This document shows, piece by piece, positions 53,272-64,000 of a stretch of 64,000 nt of DNA; position 1 is the stretch's first letter; every line of letters starts with the position of its first letter. This stretch comes from Eledone cirrhosa (Eukaryota), in the NCBI GenBank assembly GCA_964016885.1, contig OZ024741.1:100068001-100132000 (forward strand). Reading direction: 5' to 3'. The notes under the pieces were generated by a model that worked only from the letters and a program-made list of their open reading frames with translations, was not told where the DNA came from and did no database searches. Both the position numbers and the translations under genes were made by a program.

Positions 53272-54403
53272 TATATATATATTTATATATATATGTGTGT
53301 GTGTGTGTCTGTGTGTTTATATCAGTATTTTTACGTACCTTTGTGACACTTTGTCGGCATATGAATCATAGGCCTTCTGTTCTTTCTGATGTGGCTTTCT
53401 GTGAAAATATATTTATATTTTACACATATGAATCCATCCATATTATGCACAGGGATTGTATCGTTCCCATATGTATATCAGACTTTTGGCATTATGTTAT
53501 TGGAAGTCAGTTTCTGTATATGTAATATTTACATCAAAGCTTTTCCTATTGTTTTCTTTGCGTTTATTTGTAGCATGCTAACTTCTGGCGAGACCTAATA
53601 CCCTCTATTTATAAGTTTACATGGCATTTGACGGGCATGCCGTTTCCATGTATTGTGGGTCTCAATTTTGAAACAAGTAAGCTCTTGCTAGGAATATTCA
53701 AGATGTTAAACTGATAATATTAGTTAGTAATAGTTGATCTAAGTCAAAAGTTCATTAGCGGAAATTATATTTCTTCACCCAGTCTGCAAGAAACATCGGC
53801 TAAATCTGTCCCAAACGACACTCTAACACATTAAAAAGTAAGCTAATAAAAGGCAACGTCTTCATAATTTACTATAGAAGTCAGAATTGCTGTGGTTCAA
53901 TGCATTTCATCATAGTTCTGCTTGCTGAGGATTTAAAAAAAAGGAGATAAACAACAACAACAACATGAGCTACAGCAATTTGAGTATGTGTAAGTGTATA
54001 TGTATGTATGTATGTATGAATTTATTTATATATGAACGTATGTATGAAAGTACCTCATTCACCTTCATATTTGATTGCATGCACTTTTTAGAGTACACAT
54101 TTCGATAAAAATAATCATAAAGGTGCAAACATAGCCATGTAGTGAAGAAGGTAGTTTTGCATTAAATATACAGTGGCCTAGATTTGATTATCTTGCATTT
54201 GTCATATTTGTCTTATATCTATAATCAAACAGCTGTATGTACAACTCCAATATCAATGGCTGCCACCTCACATATTTAATACTGAAGATGGCAAGAAAGG
54301 CACAAACCTTCCTTATTGTATTATTGATGTAAATAAAGAAGAATATATTATCAAACACAAACACGTACACACACACACACTCACACTCACGCACACACAC
54401 ACT

Positions 54404-54463
<60 letters not shown>

Positions 54464-55687
54464 CTTATTTAGATCTTATTTCATGTAACAATAAGAGTAT
54501 CATACCGGCCCGGATGGGTTTGAAATATAAACTGATACACATGAGATTAAATAAAGATATAAAGATATGGCTGTTACACTTTTGTATATTCACCAATCTC
54601 CAAATATATATTTATATATTCAATTTACATATTCTTTGATTTTAGTATGCCCAAAGGTAACCCTCACATTAATGTTGAGCTTATAACATATTTTCCTCAC
54701 ATATGTGGCAACATATTAAGCTTTTAATATATACAGTTGTATATATATACAATGTATTGTATGAATTCTGGCCAAATTTACACATTTTCTGTAGGCAAGC
54801 AGAATGAAGGCGTGAGAAACATCAACTATGTTGCTCATGCTTTGAAATATATGTGTATGCAAAATAATAGAGCTATTGTTATGATGCCCACCCAAAGCAT
54901 ATCACATAAACCTCGTTACTGGAAACAATTCTGCCATAATGGAATTCAACATTATAAAAGATACTGAAAAACAGAGAAAGTTCATTAGAAAATTGATAAA
55001 TGCCTTGTGTGAATGGGCTATTGAAAAGAAAATTAATTTGATAATCATAGAAATACTTGAAGCATCCTAATGTTTCAAGAAGTTTAACAATAACACATAA
55101 AGGAAACGTTTCCTAAGGATAGATGAACATTTATCCTCTAGATATAAAAGCTGTCTATTCAGTGGGAAAGACAAATATGAATAAAATGTATTTTAAGAAC
55201 CTATGGCGATAGATATAAAATTATCTAATGAAAGTGTATCAGTTCTTGCAGAATTTACACTAAACTTTAATATTTTCTCTACACTAAAACTTTGACTGAT
55301 CTGAGATAAACTTCAAGAGAACAAAAATCAAGTTATGCAATAAACGGGCCTGCTAATTCAGTGACTGAAAATGTTACATCCTCAATAGTTAACAACAAGA
55401 TCTTTACTATGCGCAAACTATTCCAATGCTATATCATACATAACATATTGTCATGCAAGTGGAAATAATTTTAAATATGCCAAATATACTTGTGCAACTA
55501 TCAGTTTTAGGCGTTTATGTAACAATTATGAGAAATGTTTAGAGCATTAACCGGGCTGTATTTTGTGATGGTAAATAAGATACCTTTAAGAGAATTTCAG
55601 ACTCCAAGAACTTTCATAGGTCCTGTTTTCTGCTCATGTGTAAGTTTCAGAACCATCTTCCATTTAATATTTTCTGTCAAATACATA

Positions 55688-55850
55688 GGCAGCGAATTGG
55701 CACAATCATTAAAACGTCGGATAGAGTACTTTGTGTTATTCATTCCGGCTCTCTGTACTCCGAGTTCAAATCTCTCCGAAGTCAACTTCACCTGACATTC
55801 TCTTGAGATCGATAAAAAAGTACCTGTCCAGTAATGGGATAGATTCTTTC
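55688..55850 (+). mobile_element. Decayed SINE (Meta-domain-like family)
   Basis: ggcagcgaattggcac...ccgagttcaaatctctccgaagtcaact...gatcgataaaaaagtacc. Confidence 0.7.
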
Positions 55851-56666
55851 TTGATATTTCTTGCTCAATTTCTATCCTTCTCTTAGAGAAATACATTGTT
55901 TTCATACCTGTAGTGGGTTGGCTTCTGCCAGGCTTAAAATGCCCAAGAATCTCCGTATATCACAACGACACACCTACGATTCCTTCAGAAGTTACAGGAC
56001 CACAACATATCATATAATACAACATCTCTTAGAATCTGTCCTCGTGTTTACATTTCTTCTCGAATACTCTGACAATGACTGTCATTCTACCAGTCTCGTC
56101 CGACCCACCACACTTTCAACCATCTCCCTCTCTTCTCTCTCCCTGTCTCTCTCTACATAATTTTCTCCTTTCACTCAGTATCAATATATTTATGTTATTC
56201 TAGTTGCTATACTTAACTGTAAGAACGATCCTACTTCACAATTATACTGACTTACTTTGTCTCTCGTGATTCAAAACAACCAACTTTCCTATTTAAAAGA
56301 AAACGGTAAAAGATACCATATCGGCTTATATATTTAAACAATATGAAGGTCAACTCCATCACTTTGATGTTGGTTTCTCACTACTATTTTATTTTTGAAC
56401 GTAAAGCAGATTATTTTCATTCGATATAATCTTCACGCACACACACACGCACGCACACACACGAAGGCCCACAAAAAATCTCTCACACACACACACAGTT
56501 AAAAAACACATATACATACATATGCCCATGCATACAAAGACACATTCACACATCTATACATGTGCAATGCCAATCTGTCGAGTCCTGCTGCTAATAAACA
56601 TATCACCCATGGGTATTTAGAAAATATGCGAGCCCCTTTAAAACAGGTATGCATATTAATATATGC

Positions 56667-56768
<102 letters not shown>

Positions 56769-57220
56769 AATTAATGAAGGAAACAAAACTTCGGATGTGC
56801 CTGCGCTGATGGTTAGGCGGGGATCGATTGGGACGGAGGGAGATGATCCTCCACCAAAGCTGGCTTGATGCGAGGAGCGGATATATATAGAGAATATTGT
56901 GATGCCATATAGACACATACACATGGAGACACACACACACACAAACACACATATATATTTATATATATATATATATATGTATATTTATTACAGATACATA
57001 TAAGTATATATAAACGAATGCTATGACAAAAACAATATATATTGAAATCGTGCAAACTTTGTCAATTGTCTTATGTATTTCTAAATGTTGTGTAATTATT
57101 TCTCTTGTTCCTTCTATGTTTTTGCTAGAGATCGCATTTCTCTGCAATGTTATTGATATAGGTCTGTGTGCTTCAGTATTTATGTGTGTATGCTTCTGTA
57201 AGAGTTTATGTTAATACACA

Positions 57221-57329
<109 letters not shown>

Positions 57330-57439
57330 GTTTACATAAACATTTACAGAAGCATACACACATGAATATATATATGTATATATATGCATATGATATATAT
57401 GCAGATATATTTTTATACATATATTTATGTATATATATG

Positions 57440-57509
<70 letters not shown>

Positions 57510-58489
57510 TGCATGTGTGTGTGGTAGTGTGTACGAACGGGCGTGTACATATTTATTTATGTGCATTAGTGAAAATAAGATTATTTCAACATGACAACAT
57601 ACATATATGAAAACCTATGCACTCACGTACAAGAAATTAAGAAATGCTGTGATGTCTATACAGACACACATACTCGTGTTTATTTCAGAATTCGTATTGT
57701 TTCATTTTTCATTTCTGTTGGTGAACTATATGATATATTGCATATATATACTTAATGTTTCATTCTATTTGAATGTTTTAAACTTGTATTTTATGCCGTA
57801 TGATAATGTCAATATCCACCAAATGGAAAACTAAATTCTTTCTAGTTTTTTTTTCTCTTTTAAAGTATGCTTTCGTGATATGAACTATTCTACATTTAAA
57901 TATATAAAAAGGTGCTGAGCCAGAGTTTTATATCGAAACTCAGAAACTGTATGTTTATTAATGTTAGTGGTTGTTGTTTTTATTATTGCATTACAGTGAG
58001 ACGTTAGTCCTTATCAAGCAGATCTATGATCTAAATTGTTCGACCCCAGAATATTACGTATCCACATGCATATACCTTATGTAGATTTGCATTATTGTAT
58101 GTGACCTTCCATCTTTAAAAAGTAGATTCCTTGTGACACATATAATCTGTTTCTTTATTGTATATTTCTGTAGCGTACACTCGACATTTTGCTTAACAAT
58201 CTTGGTTCATAATGAAACAATTCTGGCATTTTTACCACTGCCCAAGTGATTAACGACAACAATACTTCCTTGTTTAATCTAGTTATTGGGCCATTTTATC
58301 ACCATCATCTATGAATTTTAATGCACTTGAAGGAGTCAGCAATTTCAAAGCATGGATGTCTGATGTCCGGACTTAGATGTTCTTACACATTCCACTCTCA
58401 GAGAACTTGCATTATATCATACAAGTTGGCTTTCTTCATCCTAATAGGGCATTAAGCAAGAGCTTAACTTGCAAACTCGCATTATGAAT

Positions 58490-59260
58490 TAGGTTGACTT
58501 TGCCTTTCATCCTTACGGGGTCGATAAAATAAAGTACCAGTAATGCACTGGGTAATTGCTGGCCTTGTGCCTAAAGTAGAAACAATTATGAATTAGAAGA
58601 TATCACAAAATCTACAAAACCTACAAATAATGTTTCATATAGCGAGACCCTTCTTTGCATATTCTGTGAAAGCTTTCAACAATGGATATAAATGTTCCAG
58701 GTGCTCACAAACAGGTAATAATGGTTTCTGATATAGGTGCCAGGCCAGCAAATTTGAGGGCGGAGAAGGTCGATTAGATCAACCCTAGCACATGAATGGT
58801 ACTTTATTTTATCAACCCTGTAAGTATGAAAGGCAGAGCAAATCTCCGCGGGATTTTCCCTTTATCTTATGCTTTGTAATTATGCAATATCATACATACA
58901 TTTAGTCGAACAACACTGAACTCTCTTCTGACCGTTTTACCCTTTTTCTCAGTAAATAAATTAACTATAATAAATTTATATAACGAAAGTATAATAACTG
59001 ATGGTCAGCATATAGAATTATTCATTTCTATTTTTCTACGAAATACACTAATAAAAGCGTTTTGATGAAATAATTGTTTCTACTTTAGGCACAAGGCCAG
59101 CCATTACCCAGTGCATTACTGGTACTTTATTTTATCGACCCCGTAAGGATAAAAGGTAAACTCAACCTCGGCGGGATTTGAACTCAGACTGTAAAGGGAC
59201 GTAACTATACTGGAAAGCATGGCGTCCGACCCTCTACCGATACTGCCAATCCACCACCGT
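58490..59260. mobile_element. Three SINE copies or fragments (58490-58590 +, 58718-58856 -, 59070-59260 -)
   Basis: Family core visible in each. The last copy is flanked by the direct repeat cgtttttgatgaaataat (59058-75 and 59258-75), a likely target-site duplication. Confidence 0.85.
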
Positions 59261-60389
59261 TTTTGATGAAATAATATTCTTCCACAAATATATCAATTTC
59301 ATTTTTGTTTTTGCTTTTTAATAAAAAATAAAACCATTGTCTGTGTTTATAATTTCTTTGTCAACTAATGTATTTATCGTCACGTCGGTGCATACGAGAT
59401 AGAACTTTCCGACTAGAACAAAGTATCACTTCGTGACGTGCTCTGTTGACCTCAATCATTGTAGGAAAGTAAAACTGTAATATATTAGTTTTGTATGACA
59501 TTTTATGCTTATAATTATATGTGCCATTTTTACTACATACATAGTTAAGTAGTTTTCGTGGAGGAAGTTAATATTATAATACCTCATCTCATCTTTCGCA
59601 AAATGCAGACAATTTCGAAAGATAATATGAGTTCCTGTGTGTATTTGACTGTGATTTATTATCTCGACCCCGGAGAACTAAATTGATGTCTGTAGTATTT
59701 GAATTCAATGTATTTGTCGGAAGCACTAACATGTCTGCCAATCGTGCATTCGAAGCATAATACTTTCTGATATGTATACTAGTTCTCGTATAATGATAGC
59801 TATATTAAATAAAATATAAGTAGAAAGCAACTGAAAGCAACAAGTAAGTTTCCCCCTAAGCTTATATTGAGATGTGGTTTCAATATCCAGACAGGAATTA
59901 TTTTTTCTTTTCAATGCTAAGATACTTTGGAAAGCCATGAATATCACAATTCTAATTCTCCCTGCACCGAAATATCGGTGCTTTGTTCGATGTTACAATG
60001 AATCAAAAACAAATCTATAGTAATACTCGAACGTAATTATCTTTTTATAATATGTAAATAGACGTTCAAAATTTCTATCTTCGTCTCTTTCTTATTATCT
60101 ACACACGAGATCATCTACGAAAACAATTATTCAAGTGGGCTTATAATTGTTTGAACACATACACATACACACATGTACAAGCATATGCACTCACACACAC
60201 ACACATACATATAAATAAACGTTTTGGTGAACGTAATGATGTGTATATAAATATAGTTTTGCTTATACAAATATTGTGGTTCCTTGGTCAATATCGTAGA
60301 ATTCCGATAAACGAGCTGCTTCTATGGAACGGTCCTTATACAAATACGATCTATGCGTCAATAATGATGCTAATATTATTATTCATAGT

Positions 60390-60432
<43 letters not shown>

Positions 60433-60699
60433 CAACATTAGTAGAGGGAAATATGTTTTCATAAGACACATTTAGGTTCTTAATCGTGTCTATATCTCTG
60501 TTTGCAGAAGATGGATGCACATACATCAGGTGACACAATAGATCGATATATTTAATATCGATATGTTTTCTTTATACCTTCCAATATAAAAGCAATACAT
60601 TTTTCAGATCGGTCAACGTCGAATATTCATAGCCTGGCATGCAACACTTTGGAAGAATATAATACTGAGAGAGAAATGTAAATATAAATCTATGTTTGC

Positions 60700-60732
<33 letters not shown>

Positions 60733-61417
60733 TGTATGTATGTATGTATGTATGTATGTATGTGCAGGTGTGTGTTTGTGTATGTAACTTGCTGATAGCC
60801 ACTACAGGAAACTAAATGAGATGCAGAAGCATGCCTCTAATTTATTGCTATTAATCACTCCCGGGAACAATAGATGCTTATAATAAAGATGGATGAACGC
60901 GCATGGAAAATATTGATAGAGGAGCAGCAGAAGCCGAATGGAGATATGTATGTGGAAAAAGTAAAGAAGGAAGAAAAAACATCAGCGTTGAGGGTAAACA
61001 GTCCCCAATACAAAAATATTAATTTAAATTGAAAATTATGAAGTAATTAATCAAAATTTTGTTTCATAGAATGTGTCAAAACTGGTTATTTTCTTTGCTT
61101 AGAAAATTATAGAACGTTCGTCCTTTCTTTACTTTACCGTATGCAATATTTGCGATGAAAATTATAATTGATGGATATATGAAAAATTGTTATGGAGGAA
61201 CATATAAATATTAATTCGTATAATACCTCCTATTTAGTTTATCTGTCACAAGAAGGTAGTAGAATCTTCTGTAGCATGATTTTGGTATTTTAGCAAACTG
61301 GTGTTGGTTAGTGGTTTGGGTATCAGAACGAATCTTGCATTGTTTATTCACTTTTATAGACGTGTGACTAGCGAATGTGCTCTATTTAAAACACAAACGC
61401 ACATATACATCTCTCTG

Positions 61418-61459
<42 letters not shown>

Positions 61460-61548
61460 TCTCTCTCTCTCTTTCTCTCCATCTATTTATTTTTCTCAAT
61501 CTATCTATCTATTTTTCAAATCCACTGTTAATAAAGACACCAGGATTT

Positions 61549-61608
61549 TTTCATTCTGATGAATGAAAGCAATTTTGGTTGCTTTCAAGAAACCACTGGT
61601 GAATGAGA
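61549..61608 (+). ncRNA. Type I hammerhead ribozyme (G at position 17, probably inactivated) in a pLTR-like fragment 61500-61700
   Basis: Stem I TTTCATT/AATGAGA; CTGATGA 61556-62; stem II TGAAAGCAA/TTGCTTTCA; GAAA 61589-92; stem III CCA-C-TGG; triplet GTG. Confidence 0.75.
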
Positions 61609-61697
61609 TAATTATCTTATGTTGTTTATTACATAACTAATAAGCTCTGTAACCTACATAGAGCACTCTTTTTCCTGGACCTTTCCGACGGAATTAC

Positions 61698-61730
<33 letters not shown>

Positions 61731-61735
<5 letters not shown>

Positions 61736-61920
61736 GAAGGAAATGTGGTAAGGAACCAGATGGACCATAACGCAACAAAGTACTCAATACTTAGGGTAGT
61801 AGAGTGAGTAATAGGAACAAGTATGACCCGACAGCAGAGCTCAAGCCGTTTCGACTGCTAATTTTGGACTGAATTAGCCGTCGAAACGGCTTGAGCTCTG
61901 CCATCGGGGTCATACTTGTT

Positions 61921-61925
<5 letters not shown>
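61731..61925 (-). mobile_element. Fold-back mini-element, second copy of the 15.2 kb family, inside (TA)n
   Basis: Reverse complement of 15212-15405; arms 61811-61864 and 61871-61925. Confidence 0.85.
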
Positions 61926-61961
<36 letters not shown>

Positions 61962-62124
61962 ATACAAATAAATTTGAAAACTAAAATCCAAAGAGGCTTC
62001 GATAAGGATAAATATATATCAAATATATGAGAAACGTAGAGCAAATATTTAGTTTCAGAAGATCCCGTTAAGGGTGAAAGCAGCGATTATTTGCTTAAAA
62101 TTTAATCTGTTATTTTAATAAATA

Positions 62125-64000
<1,876 letters not shown>

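Overview
AT-rich eukaryotic DNA saturated with (TA)n/(CA)n/(GA)n microsatellites and retroelement debris. The repeat content looks like a coleoid cephalopod (Octopus-type) genome; this is inferred, not verified. I found no intact host gene. Contents: (1) a head-to-tail cluster of four Tx1-clade LINE copies (1-9.6 kb) with (TTA)n tails; (2) Penelope-like elements (PLEs) with RT, a Cys-rich linker and C-terminal GIY-YIG (18.9-22 kb, 45.9-46.75 kb, 62.1-63.5 kb), plus many terminal-repeat (pLTR) fragments; (3) decayed R4/Dong-like (REL endonuclease) and RTE LINEs; (4) tRNA-derived SINEs, some in tandem arrays. The most interesting layer is non-coding. Eight hammerhead-ribozyme folds can be read by eye: type I, one type II, three with a U3-A8 covariant core, several with a mismatched stem-II base, and one 517-nt retrozyme-like tandem. 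There is also a set of short fold-back elements next to microsatellites whose arms are mostly unrelated in sequence but which share an inverted repeat followed, usually 3-8 nt later, by a conserved RCTC-stem-loop-GAGY-RCTY motif and a short tail. This is a candidate cis signal for PLE-driven mobilisation. All folds and alignments were done by eye and coordinates of decayed elements are approximate.
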